Assembly (NCBI GenBank): GCA_019594025.1
Contig: JAFDUB010000001.1
Coordinates: 1-49,190, forward strand
Reading direction: 5' to 3'
Source of the DNA: Thermoplasmata archaeon
GTDB taxonomy: Archaea; Thermoplasmatota; Thermoplasmata; Halarchaeoplasmatales; Halarchaeoplasmataceae
Length of the DNA stretch: 49,190 nt
Shown here: piece by piece, positions 9,062 through 19,648 of the stretch
Layout: the number at the start of each line of letters is the position of its first letter
Numbering within the stretch: the stretch's first letter is position 1
Program-made: the position numbers and the translations under genes
Notes under the pieces: model-generated
What the model saw: only the letters and a program-made list of their open reading frames with translations
Told to the model about the DNA's origin: nothing
Databases searched by the model: none

Positions 9062-10399
9062 TCATAGAGTAGCAAGGTATTTCTTTATTTCCCAGTCCGT
9101 AACCTGCTGCCTGTATTGATCCCAATCCTCTTTTTTTACATGAAGGAAGTGTTTATGGACGTGCTCACCCAATACATCCTTCATAAAATCACTCTCTTCG
9201 ATGTATGAAATCGCGTGACCAAGGTTCGCTGGAAGTGATTGTATTCTCCGATCCTCTCTCTCTTTGGGACTCATGGAGAATATATCGTCCTCCACCGGTT
9301 CAGGAGGTTGGATCTTATTCTCGATACCATCCAATCCGGATGCAAGCAGTACCGCGAACTGCAGATAAGGATTACCGGCGGGATCTGGATTTCTGACCTC
9401 TAACCTGGTGGCTTTACCCCTACCGGCGGGAACTCTAGCTAGTACGCTGCGGTTAAGGTGGGCCCATGAAACATATACCGGTGCCTCGTAACCAGGCACT
9501 AATCGTTTGTAGGAATTTACCCAAGAAGCAAGTATACCGCACACCTCCCTTGCATGTTCCAATATTCCTCCAGTGTAGTACTTCATCGTCTGGCTGAGTC
9601 CATCTGGACCCTCCGGGTCGTAGAATATGTTCTTACCACTCTCATCCATGAAACTTTGATGTATGTGCATCCCTGTACCGTTGACACCGGTGATGGGTTT
9701 GGGCATGAATGTCGCGTGTAGTGAATTCAGCTTGGCCACCGTCTTGATGCAGTGTTTGAGTGTTAGAATTTTATCGGCCATACGGATAGCGTCTCCGTAA
9801 CGCAGGTCGATCTCATGCTGTCCCGCGGACACCTCATGATGGGAGGCCTCGACCTCAAATTCCATATCCTCGAAGTATAAACTACATTCTTTTCGCACCT
9901 TTTCCGTCCTATCTAGAGGCATAAGGTCAAAGTATCCACCACTATCATCAGGGATGTTGGTTGGGTCCCCGTTTTCATCATGTCTGAACAAAAAGAATTC
10001 GAACTCAGGACCTACATTGAAATGATATCCCATATCCTTAGCACGATCGATAGTTTTTTTCAACAGATACCTAGGGTCACCCTCGAATCGGTTGCCATCG
10101 GAATCGTATATATCACAGATCATGCTTCCTGTTTTTATGGAGTTATCACTCCATGGATAGATAAGAAAAGTGCTCAGATCTGGATAAGCCCTCAGATCAG
10201 ATTCATCTATTGTTGCGTAGCCAAGTATCGACGAACCATCAAAAAGGATACCATCTTCTATGGCATGGGGTAGATGGGTAGCCGGTATAGAAACGGTTTT
10301 TACCATCCCCTGTATATCCATAAACTGCAGCTCCACGAACTTAACGTTTTCCTCTTTTATACGGGCAATAACGTCCTGTGTTAGCCTTTCTCTCTGCAT
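9062..10399 (-). CDS. glnA: Glutamine synthetase type I
   Basis: FDGSSI, GPEFEFFLF, HHEV, ATFMPKP, NGTGMHIHQS, SYKRLVPGYEAP, RLEVRNPDP. Confidence 0.93.
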   Translation of the reverse strand: MQRERLTQDVIARIKEENVKFVELQFMDIQGMVKTVSIPATHLPHAIEDGILFDGSSILGYATIDESDLRAYPDLSTFLIYPWSDNSIKTGSMICDIYDSDGNRFEGDPRYLLKKTIDRAKDMGYHFNVGPEFEFFLFRHDENGDPTNIPDDSGGYFDLMPLDRTEKVRKECSLYFEDMEFEVEASHHEVSAGQHEIDLRYGDAIRMADKILTLKHCIKTVAKLNSLHATFMPKPITGVNGTGMHIHQSFMDESGKNIFYDPEGPDGLSQTMKYYTGGILEHAREVCGILASWVNSYKRLVPGYEAPVYVSWAHLNRSVLARVPAGRGKATRLEVRNPDPAGNPYLQFAVLLASGLDGIENKIQPPEPVEDDIFSMSPKEREDRRIQSLPANLGHAISYIEESDFMKDVLGEHVHKHFLHVKKEDWDQYRQQVTDWEIKKYLATL

Positions 10400-10499
10400 A
10401 GCCGCAATTATTTTTCATGCTTTTTAAGCATGTCGGCTCGGAAAGACAAATATACGATAAAGGCCGTTATGTTTAGTAAAAGAAAAAAGGTGATACCAT

Positions 10500-10658
10500 A
10501 TGGACAAATACTGCTGCGATGTATGCTCTTATGTTTACGACCCTGAAAGAGGGGACATAGTCGGATCCATCGATAAAGGAACCTCATTCGAAGATCTGCC
10601 AGAGGGATGGAAGTGCCCGGTTTGCGGTGCTATATGTGAAGAATTTACAAAGGATTGA
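10500..10658 (+). CDS. Rubredoxin (52 aa; not in ORF track)
   Basis: Manual translation MDKYCCDVCSYVYDPERGDIVGSIDKGTSFEDLPEGWKCPVCGAICEEFTKD*; two CxxC knuckles, GTSFEDLP and WKCPVCG; AGGTGAT SD at 10488. Confidence 0.95.
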   Translation: MDKYCCDVCSYVYDPERGDIVGSIDKGTSFEDLPEGWKCPVCGAICEEFTKD

Positions 10659-10664
10659 AACACA

Positions 10665-11828
10665 ATGTCTGTGAGAAAGCTAAAAGAAGGAGTTTACGAA
10701 GTAGGTGCTGTAGATTGGGACAGAGAAATCTTCGACGAACTAATACCTCTACCGGACGGTACAAGCTACAACGCCTATCTAATTCAGGGCAGCGAAAAGG
10801 TCGCTCTATTAGACACTGTAGATCCAACAAAGGAATCGGTGCTGATGAGAAATTTAGAGTCCCTGGATATCGACCATATCGATTACGTGATATCACATCA
10901 CGCCGAGCAGGACCATTCCGGTTCTATACCGGCCATCCTAGAAAGATTTCCAGACGCCAAAGTTGTTACCAACGCCAAATGTAAGGGCATGTTGATTGAT
11001 CACCTGCACATCCCCGAGGGTAAATTCACAGAGGTGGAGGACGGTTCAGAAATATCTTTGGGAGATAAAACACTGCGTTTCGTTTTAACACCCTGGGTAC
11101 ATTGGCCGGAAACCATGTGTACCTATTTACCGGAAATGAAGATAATTTTCACCTGCGATTTCTTCGGCTCCCACCTAGCTACCAGCGACCTTTTTGTAAG
11201 GGACAAAAGAAAAACATACCTGGCCGCCAAACGATATTACGCTGAAATAATGATGCCGTTCAGAAGATTAATCAAAGGGCATCTGAAAAAATTGGACGAG
11301 CTTGAGTTCGATATCATAGCCACCAGCCACGGGCCGATATACGATGAACCAGAATTCATAATCGACGCTTACAAAGATTGGGTATCCGACGAAGTTAAAA
11401 ACGAAGTTATCGTCCCCTACGTATCCATGCACGGCAGCACCGAAGTGATGGTTAACCATCTAGTCGATACGTTAATGGAGAAGGGTATAAAGGTCACACC
11501 TTATAACCTTACCACAACCAACCTTGGAGAGCTGGCGATGTCTACAGTAGACGCTTCTACTATCGTTTTAGGAACACCGACGGTTTTAACCGGCCCCCAT
11601 CCTAAAGCCTTCTACGCGGCATACCTCGTCAACGCTCTCCGCCCTAAAACCAAATATGTATCTCTAATCGGTTCCTATGGATGGGGTGGAAGGATGCCCG
11701 AGATGATAAAGGACACCCTAAAAAATCTCGACGCAAAGATGATAGATCCAGTCATTGTAAAAGGCCTACCGTCCCAGGAGGACCTAAAAGAAATAGAAAG
11801 GCTGGCGGAAGACATTATGGAAGCATAG
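10665..11828 (+). CDS. fprA: Flavodiiron protein (A-type flavoprotein; O2/NO reductase)
   Basis: GTSYNAYLI, HAEQDHSG, VHWPET, SHGP, flavodoxin SMHGST and GSYGWGG. Confidence 0.93.
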   Translation: MSVRKLKEGVYEVGAVDWDREIFDELIPLPDGTSYNAYLIQGSEKVALLDTVDPTKESVLMRNLESLDIDHIDYVISHHAEQDHSGSIPAILERFPDAKVVTNAKCKGMLIDHLHIPEGKFTEVEDGSEISLGDKTLRFVLTPWVHWPETMCTYLPEMKIIFTCDFFGSHLATSDLFVRDKRKTYLAAKRYYAEIMMPFRRLIKGHLKKLDELEFDIIATSHGPIYDEPEFIIDAYKDWVSDEVKNEVIVPYVSMHGSTEVMVNHLVDTLMEKGIKVTPYNLTTTNLGELAMSTVDASTIVLGTPTVLTGPHPKAFYAAYLVNALRPKTKYVSLIGSYGWGGRMPEMIKDTLKNLDAKMIDPVIVKGLPSQEDLKEIERLAEDIMEA

Positions 11829-11829
11829 C

Positions 11830-14800
11830 TCAAAGGTCGTCTATCAACTTCTCAGCCCGTTCACTCCAGGGATTCATCCCCATCTCCTCGAATTTATCCT
11901 TTGCAATGGATAGATTTCTTATTCCCATCTCAATATCATTTGCTTCAAGGTGGGTTTTGCCTAATTCGTAATATGCTCTAGCTAACTCAATCTCTTTATT
12001 TGATTTTTCAAGGGTCTCTACCACTTGATTCAACTCTTTTAAACTCCTTTCCAGGTCTCCTTCTTCCCTAAACGCCGTGCCGCTTATTCTCATACACACC
12101 ATCTCTCCTAAGGTGGTGCCTACTTCTCTTGAAATTCTCAAACCTTCGTCTATTCTTTTACGAGCTTTTTTTAAGTCTCCACTTTTTATAAACAACTCCC
12201 CCAAGTATCCACAGATTTCGATGTTTTCATATTTCTCACCGATTTTTTTGTGGAAATCATAGCTTTTTTCGTAAAGTCGAATAGCTTCATCGATCTCCCC
12301 CCGCTCCTTTTTTATCTCCCCCTGAAGGCTGTTCACCATAGCGACACCTTTCATATCTCCGATCTCATTCAATAAGTCCGATGCCTGGTTTACGTACTCC
12401 TCAGCCTGTTTCAGTTCTCCTTTCAATATATGCACGTTACTCATGAATCCAAGTGACATGGCCCACCCCTGTTTATCTCCCATCTCCTTACGTAGGGACA
12501 GACCTTTTGTTTGATACTCGATGGCTTGGTCTAGATCTCCCATGTCTAAATGTACGATACCAAGATTGTTGGTAGCCATGGCCATTCCCCTTTTATCACC
12601 TATACTTTTAAAGATCTTTAAAGCACGATCAAAATTTTCCTCAGCCTCTGTAAGCTCGTCGTTCATATATTGAAGTGTACCAAGGTTTGCCAATATGGCC
12701 GCCATGCCGCCTTTATCTCCGATATCCTTTTCAATTTCCAAACATCTTTTGTAAGTGTCAAGTGCTTTGTTGATTTCTCCTCTACATTTATAAACAACAC
12801 CGATGTTATTCAGAGACTTCGCTATACTTCTTTTATCCCCTATTTTTTCACGTATCTTCAGAGCCTCTTTTAAGTATTTATTAGCTTCCTCGTACTTTCC
12901 TTTATGAATCATCAAAGTACCTAAGTTATGATTTGAATTACTCTGCAGTTTTTCATCGCAGAAATCTTTAGATAACTCCTTCTCCTTCTCAAACATCTCT
13001 CCAGCCCCTTCAAAATCACCCTTTTGCATTAAGGTCCAGCCCTTCACTTCGTACAATCTGCAGGTTTCTACAGGATCTTCGTCGTATGTTTTAAGTGCCC
13101 TATCCACCAGTTCCTCCGCCTTTTCAAAATCGCCCTGGGTCTCCCATGTTCTAGCTATCTTCCGGTACATTCTTTGTATTCTTGACGTGTCATCCGTTTC
13201 TTCAACTATTCTTTCGTAATGCTCCCTGGAGGAAGATAGGTTACCCAAGAGTGAATTTACATCGCCCAAATTCTCTAGTAGTTTGAATCCGATGTCGCCT
13301 TTCTCTTTATCCCATAAATCCAGGGCCTCTTGGTACATCTTCAAGGCATCTTCCTGTGCATACACCTCCTCGGCACGTTTTCCGGCTTTATAATAATAGG
13401 AGATTGCCTTATCGGTGTTCCCGGCATTCTCAAAGTGGTTGGATAAATCAGAATAGTAATCCACTAAGTTGTTTTTATGAAGCTCTTCAATCTTTTCAGC
13501 GACTGTTTTATGCAGCCTTTTTTTCTTTATATCCGGTATGCTGTTGTATGCTGCTAGATGCACTAATGCATGGGTAAAGGCAAACATTTCTTCCTCAGGC
13601 AGTTCTTTCCATAAGTTCGTACCGAGCAGGACGTCTATATGATCAAAGGCGTCTAACTCTTCCATACCACATGTGTTCAACAATAGATCAAAGGGTATTT
13701 CCTCTCCAATTACACATCCCAGATGTAGAATTCTCCGAGTATCATCGGACAGCTGATCAAAACGTCTTTCTATGATGTTGATTATTATATTAGGTATGTT
13801 TATTGCTTTCGGGTCGTCGGGATAACGATTTTTTTTAGGGTCCAAATTACCTTCCTCCATTAGTCTTTTTATACATTCTTTAATGAAAAGCGGATTTCCC
13901 TCGGAAAGGTCATGAAGTAATTTCACAAAATCCGTTGGCACACTCGATACTCCCAACATTGCGGTTATTATCTTTTTCGTGTGTTTCCACTTTAACGGTT
14001 TTAATTCCAGCTCGTTGTAAATCCTCTCCCTTCTCATCCTTTGGCGTACCTCTTTTAATAAATCGTTCATCTTTACATCCCGAGGTCGGAAGGCACCAAT
14101 CACCAGCACTTTGGAATCCAATAGGTTCTCTGAAAGGTAATGCGTAAGCTGAAGAGTTGCCGCATCCGCCCATTGAATATCATCCAAGAATATGAGCAGT
14201 GGCTTCTTTTTAGCGAGGATACGTATATCCTCGGCAATCTCGAAAAAAGTCGCTCTCCTTTGATAATCGAACATCTTTTTATCTTCCGCACGGGGTCCGG
14301 ACTTGCCTGGATATATGGATGTAAGTTGAAAATGAGTATCCTTGTTTTTTGTGAATTCCTCGAAGGCCTTTTTAAAAGGTAGATATGGGTCCGAACTTTC
14401 AAAGTATGCTTTACCTGAAAGGAACACGAATCCTTTCTTTTTGGAATACTTTTTAAATTCTGATATCAAGCGTGTTTTTCCTATCCCTGAGTCACCAACT
14501 ACGAAAAGGACCATTCCTCCCTCTTCCTCCACCTCCTTCAAGGTTCGTTTGAGAAAATTCATCTCCTTTTTTCGATCGATGAATATATCCTCCTCTATAT
14601 CATCAACTTTAGTCAGGTCCAGGACTCCCTCGTCGTTTACTCTTGAAAGAGAGGTTAGAAGGGGATTGTCGCCCTTTATATATTGGTCTATGTCTTTTAC
14701 CATGACTTCACTTTTACCTTCGGGAGTGAGAATTGTTATTTTTTTGCCGTTGAATTTTTTAATTAAATACTGTGCCTTCCGAACTCCTTTTGGAGTAAGA

Positions 14801-15036
14801 AAATACACCTTCCTCTTTCTTTTCATTCCCTTTACACGCTTGATATCCTCCTCTATAAGACCTGTTTCATCCTCTACAATCTTACGTATCTCCTGACTTA
14901 AATGCGGTCTGCTGACTCCGACCGCATCGGCGATACCCGGTTGAGATATCTCATAGGGCACCTCGATTTTAGACTTGAGTTTATAGTATGGATATAAGTG
15001 TATTAATATCCTCTCTTTAACTGTTGACGACACCAT
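11830..15036 (-). CDS. STAND-class NTPase: N-terminal winged HTH + AAA_16-like NTPase + TPR array
   Basis: HTH (ISQPGIADAVGVSRPHLSQEI...YFLTPKG), Walker A GDSGIGKT, Walker B LLIFLDDIQWAD, EGNPLF, many TPRs (SLNNIGVVY). ATG 15036 avoids overlap with gyaR. Confidence 0.88.
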   Translation of the reverse strand: MVSSTVKERILIHLYPYYKLKSKIEVPYEISQPGIADAVGVSRPHLSQEIRKIVEDETGLIEEDIKRVKGMKRKRKVYFLTPKGVRKAQYLIKKFNGKKITILTPEGKSEVMVKDIDQYIKGDNPLLTSLSRVNDEGVLDLTKVDDIEEDIFIDRKKEMNFLKRTLKEVEEEGGMVLFVVGDSGIGKTRLISEFKKYSKKKGFVFLSGKAYFESSDPYLPFKKAFEEFTKNKDTHFQLTSIYPGKSGPRAEDKKMFDYQRRATFFEIAEDIRILAKKKPLLIFLDDIQWADAATLQLTHYLSENLLDSKVLVIGAFRPRDVKMNDLLKEVRQRMRRERIYNELELKPLKWKHTKKIITAMLGVSSVPTDFVKLLHDLSEGNPLFIKECIKRLMEEGNLDPKKNRYPDDPKAINIPNIIINIIERRFDQLSDDTRRILHLGCVIGEEIPFDLLLNTCGMEELDAFDHIDVLLGTNLWKELPEEEMFAFTHALVHLAAYNSIPDIKKKRLHKTVAEKIEELHKNNLVDYYSDLSNHFENAGNTDKAISYYYKAGKRAEEVYAQEDALKMYQEALDLWDKEKGDIGFKLLENLGDVNSLLGNLSSSREHYERIVEETDDTSRIQRMYRKIARTWETQGDFEKAEELVDRALKTYDEDPVETCRLYEVKGWTLMQKGDFEGAGEMFEKEKELSKDFCDEKLQSNSNHNLGTLMIHKGKYEEANKYLKEALKIREKIGDKRSIAKSLNNIGVVYKCRGEINKALDTYKRCLEIEKDIGDKGGMAAILANLGTLQYMNDELTEAEENFDRALKIFKSIGDKRGMAMATNNLGIVHLDMGDLDQAIEYQTKGLSLRKEMGDKQGWAMSLGFMSNVHILKGELKQAEEYVNQASDLLNEIGDMKGVAMVNSLQGEIKKERGEIDEAIRLYEKSYDFHKKIGEKYENIEICGYLGELFIKSGDLKKARKRIDEGLRISREVGTTLGEMVCMRISGTAFREEGDLERSLKELNQVVETLEKSNKEIELARAYYELGKTHLEANDIEMGIRNLSIAKDKFEEMGMNPWSERAEKLIDDL

Positions 15037-15131
15037 GGGACAAAGGGGTAATCGTGTGGTGATAAGTAAATTTTTCCTCTGTTTCCCACCGAAAAGTAAT
15101 AACAATAGTGTTCTATAGTCCACATAGTGAT

Positions 15132-16115
15132 ATGATGGATGTATTCGTTACCAGACGCATACCCGAGTCAGGACTGAAAAAGATAACTCAAAAGTACGAT
15201 ACCTATGTCAGTCCTAAACCACGTAGGCTGACAAAGGAGGAGATAATAGAAGGTGTCAAAGGAAAGGATGCCCTGCTGTGTATATTGACAGACATTATAG
15301 ACGAAGAGATAATCGAGGCGGGGGAGGACCTAAAAGTCATCTCTAACTATGCGGTTGGGTACGACAATATCGATGTTGAAAGCGCTACCAAGAGGGGTAT
15401 TGCGGTAACCAATACACCCGGAGTACTCACAAACGCAACGGCCGAACTCGCATTCGCTTTAATCCTGGCGGTGGCTAGAAACATCACGTTAGGCGATAAG
15501 TTCGTCCGAGAGGATAGATTCGAGGGGTGGGACCCCACTTTATTGGTTGGTAGCGAATTAGCTGGTAACGTGATCGGTATAGTTGGCATGGGGAACATAG
15601 GCACAGCGGTGGCCCACAGAGCAAAGGCCTTCAACATGGATGTTATTTATTTCAACAGGAGCAGGGTGGATGAGGTAGAAAGAGAGATAGATGCAAAATT
15701 CGTTGATTTCGAAGAACTTTTAAAACGAGCCGACTTCGTATCACTCCACGTACCGCTTACCGAAGAGACCAAACACATGGTAAGTTGGAATGAACTAGAT
15801 ATGATGAAAGACACCGCTTACCTAATAAACACCGCCAGAGGCGAAGTCGTGGAGGAAAAAGCTCTTATCGAGGCTTTGAAAGGCGACAAGATCGCCGGGG
15901 CCGGAGTTGACGTTTTCGCGGACGAACCCTATGGAGCTAATCCGGGCTACTACGACCTGGATAATGTGGTTCTGGCACCCCACCTCGGCAGCGCATCTCA
16001 TAGGGCTAGGAACGGTATGGCGGAGATGGCGGCAGACAATCTCATCGCCGTGTTGGATGGTAAAATGCCGGAAAATATAGTTAATCCCGAGGTATTCGAA
16101 AATGGAGGATATTAA
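15132..16115 (+). CDS. gyaR: Glyoxylate reductase / D-2-hydroxyacid dehydrogenase
   Basis: YAVGYDNID, TNTPGVLT, GMGNIG, INTARG, DVFADEP, PHLGSA. Confidence 0.88.
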   Translation: MMDVFVTRRIPESGLKKITQKYDTYVSPKPRRLTKEEIIEGVKGKDALLCILTDIIDEEIIEAGEDLKVISNYAVGYDNIDVESATKRGIAVTNTPGVLTNATAELAFALILAVARNITLGDKFVREDRFEGWDPTLLVGSELAGNVIGIVGMGNIGTAVAHRAKAFNMDVIYFNRSRVDEVEREIDAKFVDFEELLKRADFVSLHVPLTEETKHMVSWNELDMMKDTAYLINTARGEVVEEKALIEALKGDKIAGAGVDVFADEPYGANPGYYDLDNVVLAPHLGSASHRARNGMAEMAADNLIAVLDGKMPENIVNPEVFENGGY

Positions 16116-17247
16116 TGTGATAAACAATCAAGTAAGGCGTATGAAACTCAGTGGAATCAGAAAGATGTTCAAGTTGGCAGACGAAACTACCATAAATCTT
16201 GGACTCGGACAGCCTGATTTTCAGCCACCGGAGGATGTGATAGAGGTGTATTGGAAGGCCATGCTGGATGGCAACAACTGTTATGGCTCTACCTATGGTT
16301 TTCCTGCGTTACGAGACGAGATAGCACATCATCAATCCAAATACAGGTCGGACTTAATCGGTGAGAATATAATGATAACCGTGGGCGCTACCCAGGCGTT
16401 AAGAATTGCACTGGAATCCACCGTGGATAAGGGAAATGAAGTTCTTTATCCCGAACCGGGATTCGTTCTTTACGCCCCTCAAATAAGGCTTACCGGTGCA
16501 AAACCGGTCCCCTATCCGGTCCACCAGAACAATGATTTTATTCCATCACTTGAGAAGCTGGAAGAGCTTCGCACATCTAAGACAAAAGCTATAATCGTGA
16601 ACTCCCCAGGTAACCCTACCGGCGGAGTGTTCGCCGAAAAGGCGGTTAAACAAATAACGGAATGGGCCAGAGAGAACGACATGCTGATAATATCTGACGA
16701 AGTCTATGAGATGATGGTATACGAGGGGAACCACGTTTCCTTCCTCGGAGACTACGATAACGTTATTTCCATCAATTCATTTTCAAAGACGTTCGCCATG
16801 ACTGGTTGGCGAATAGGTTTCATGGTCACCCAAAGTGACTGGATAGAGCAGATCGGAAAATTACATTATTATACCGTCGCATGCCCTCCCACGCCGCCTC
16901 AACACGCCATACTTTACGCACTAAAAGAGCGTCTGGATTTCGTTGAAAATATGACTCGTACATTCAAAAAAAGAAGAGACGTTATCGTCTCCCGGTTGAA
17001 CGATATTCCCGGAATCGATTGTATAACCCCAAAGGGTGCTTTCTATGCATTCCCCTCCATCGATCTAGGCATGTCCTCGGATAAGTTCGCGCTCATGCTC
17101 CTTGAAAAAGGTGTTTTGGCAACACCGGGCAACGCATTTGGACCGGCAGGCGAGGGTCATATACGATTCTCCTATGCCAATTCAACCGAGAATATCCATA
17201 AAGCCATGGACATAATCGAAGAGATGGTGGAAGGATTGGACATATAA
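16102..17247 (+). CDS. PLP-dependent class I/II aminotransferase (aspartate aminotransferase-like); alternative start GTG 16117
   Basis: NLGLGQPDF, NSPGNPTG, SDEVY, SFSKTFAMTGWRIG, GAFY, IRFSYA. Confidence 0.9.
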   Translation: MEDINVINNQVRRMKLSGIRKMFKLADETTINLGLGQPDFQPPEDVIEVYWKAMLDGNNCYGSTYGFPALRDEIAHHQSKYRSDLIGENIMITVGATQALRIALESTVDKGNEVLYPEPGFVLYAPQIRLTGAKPVPYPVHQNNDFIPSLEKLEELRTSKTKAIIVNSPGNPTGGVFAEKAVKQITEWARENDMLIISDEVYEMMVYEGNHVSFLGDYDNVISINSFSKTFAMTGWRIGFMVTQSDWIEQIGKLHYYTVACPPTPPQHAILYALKERLDFVENMTRTFKKRRDVIVSRLNDIPGIDCITPKGAFYAFPSIDLGMSSDKFALMLLEKGVLATPGNAFGPAGEGHIRFSYANSTENIHKAMDIIEEMVEGLDI

Positions 17248-17262
17248 ATTCAGTGATAGAAT

Positions 17263-18504
17263 ATGAGTCGACCTTCACATAAGTTGCTAAAGGTGTTGTT
17301 CGTCACCGAGTCTTATCCCCCTAAAAGCTACGGTGGGGGAGAGATATCCTGCGCACTTTTAGCAGAAGCTCTTGCGGAGAGAGAGGATATAGAAGTTACG
17401 GTGCTAACGTCCGAAGTCGAGGGATTGAACCCGAGAGAAATTAAGAACGGTGTGAAGATAATTAGGAGCTTGAGAACCGGGAGTGACCGCAGTTCTTTAA
17501 AAGAAAATCTAAAGAGAAGGATGTACTTTAAAAAGTCCGTTAAAAATGAAATAAACAGAATTTCCCACGGATTCGATATTATACACTTTTTTAATATAAC
17601 TAGTATGATCAACGTGAATAAACCTTCCTTCGCCACCATCAACTCGTATCTTAATTTTTGTCCCAAGGGTAATCTGTTTTACAAGGATAGGGAAGTTTGT
17701 ACGGGCTGCAGCTTTTCAAAATTTATCGGATGTATAACTAAATCCGAGTACGTTGGGGGGTACAGATTAAAGAGCTTACTAAAATACAATCTATTCTTCT
17801 GGATCGCACTTTACTGGGATTACAAAAAAAGAAAAAAATGTTTGAAATATGTTGATCACTTTTTTAGCTTAAGTACATTTATAAATCAGCTACTCTCGAA
17901 TGAAAACGTTGATCTAGATAGGGTAACAAAGCTGGTCAACATACCTAGCATAACTAAGTCCACCCGAAATATCGATTTAGATAAAGACCGGCCTGTTGTG
18001 GCCTATATCGGAGACCTAAGTAAGATCAAGGGCGTGGATATGCTGATAAAGGCATTCAACCGCGTTAACGCCGGAGCAAAATTGATAATCGTCGGCCATG
18101 GACCGGAGAGAGAAAAACTTGAGAATTTAGCTGATTCCACTATCGAATTTTTAGGAAGAGTGGATCATGATTTGATGCATTCCGTGTACCGCCAGGCGGA
18201 CGTTATAGTAGTACCGTCTCTATGGCCTGAGCCTTTATCCCGGGTTCTTCTGGAATCGGCATGTTTTGGAAAACCGGTTATAGCCACTAAGGTGGGTGGC
18301 AGTCCGGACGTTGTTAAGGATGGGTACAACGGACTCCTTGTTGATCCTGTAGTAGGAGATCTTACGGACAAGTTGGAATATATCATACAAAAGGATGAGA
18401 AACGACGAATCATGAGCAAAAATATGAAAAAATATTATGAAGAGAAATTATCGGATGAAAGGCTAGTTAAAGATATCATAGAATCGTACAAGGAACACAT
18501 ATAA
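17263..18504 (+). CDS. Glycosyltransferase family 4 with a Cys-rich insert
   Basis: YPP..GGGE, KGVD, PSLWPEPLSRVLLES; CPKG...CTGC...C insert. Confidence 0.9.
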   Translation: MSRPSHKLLKVLFVTESYPPKSYGGGEISCALLAEALAEREDIEVTVLTSEVEGLNPREIKNGVKIIRSLRTGSDRSSLKENLKRRMYFKKSVKNEINRISHGFDIIHFFNITSMINVNKPSFATINSYLNFCPKGNLFYKDREVCTGCSFSKFIGCITKSEYVGGYRLKSLLKYNLFFWIALYWDYKKRKKCLKYVDHFFSLSTFINQLLSNENVDLDRVTKLVNIPSITKSTRNIDLDKDRPVVAYIGDLSKIKGVDMLIKAFNRVNAGAKLIIVGHGPEREKLENLADSTIEFLGRVDHDLMHSVYRQADVIVVPSLWPEPLSRVLLESACFGKPVIATKVGGSPDVVKDGYNGLLVDPVVGDLTDKLEYIIQKDEKRRIMSKNMKKYYEEKLSDERLVKDIIESYKEHI

Positions 18505-18529
18505 TATGTTAAAAAGGATTTGAGCACAG

Positions 18530-19648
18530 ATGAAAGATGGAAAATCGATAGGCGTACTACGTTTCCCGTGCACTGCGGCCGGTGCCAAGCCAATGTACGA
18601 CCTGGTGTCGATCCTCGAAGAATTGTTTGAGCGGGTCTGTGTGATCTCCGGAAACGATGCTTTCAAGGAATTCGATTTTAGTGATGATGTTGAGTTACAT
18701 AAAGTGTTCCATCCATCAAGTAGATCTACACCCATACGGACCATTCGATTTATATTGACACAGATCAGACTGGGGATCAGTTTACTGGGAGCAAAGGACG
18801 TTGATTCTTTTATTTTCTTCGACGCAAATCCCCTTATCATACCTATGATTCTTGGTAAATTGTTTAAAAAAAACATTCATCTGATATTAACCGGCTATCC
18901 GGCAACCAGGGAGAATATCATCCCGGATAAAGATGATGATATATCGAGTCCTTTTTGGAATCTTTACCTTTCATTATCGGATGGAATAATACTTTACACC
19001 CCCAGACTTATACGCGAATGGGATCTGGAGGAATACAGATATAAAATATCTATAGCACACCGACACATTATAGATGTTGATAATTTAAAGATTGAGAAAA
19101 ATTGGAAAGAGAGAGTATTCGACTTGGGCTATATAGGACGTTTTTCAACAAAAAAGAATGTGATGGGATTTTTGAAATCTGTGTCTTATTTAACCGACGA
19201 TGGGAAAAAATATAAGATTTTGTTAGGGGGAGATGGTAACGAAAAAGAAAGAGCGATGGATTTCATAGAAAAAGAAGATTTAGAGAAATACATCACCAAT
19301 ACAGGATGGATATCCCGGGACGAATTACCTTATTATCTAAACGATCTGAAGTTGCTGGTAATACCTTCTTATTTCGAAGGATTACCGAACATGATGCTCG
19401 AGGCCATGGCGTGTGGTACGATCGTATTGGCATCTAGAGTGGGATCCATACCAGATATAATCGAAGACGGGAAAAACGGGTTCTTATTGGATGATAATTC
19501 TCCTCAAAGTATCAAAAAAGGTGTGATGCGAACGTTTGGACATGAATACCTAGAGCATATCCAGATGAATGCACGAAAAACGGTTGAAACGGGATTCTGT
19601 AGAAACGCAACGATTAAAAATGTTAAAAGGGTGATGGAGCGGATATGA
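18530..19648 (+). CDS. Glycosyltransferase family 4
   Basis: YIGRFSTKKN, PSYFEGLPNMMLEAMACG. Confidence 0.9.
   Translation: MKDGKSIGVLRFPCTAAGAKPMYDLVSILEELFERVCVISGNDAFKEFDFSDDVELHKVFHPSSRSTPIRTIRFILTQIRLGISLLGAKDVDSFIFFDANPLIIPMILGKLFKKNIHLILTGYPATRENIIPDKDDDISSPFWNLYLSLSDGIILYTPRLIREWDLEEYRYKISIAHRHIIDVDNLKIEKNWKERVFDLGYIGRFSTKKNVMGFLKSVSYLTDDGKKYKILLGGDGNEKERAMDFIEKEDLEKYITNTGWISRDELPYYLNDLKLLVIPSYFEGLPNMMLEAMACGTIVLASRVGSIPDIIEDGKNGFLLDDNSPQSIKKGVMRTFGHEYLEHIQMNARKTVETGFCRNATIKNVKRVMERI

Noticed and set aside
15037..15131. Apparent head-to-head overlap of the STAND gene (to 15123) and gyaR (from 15108)
   Set aside because: Artefact of longest-ORF starts; ATG 15036 and ATG 15132 leave a normal divergent promoter region
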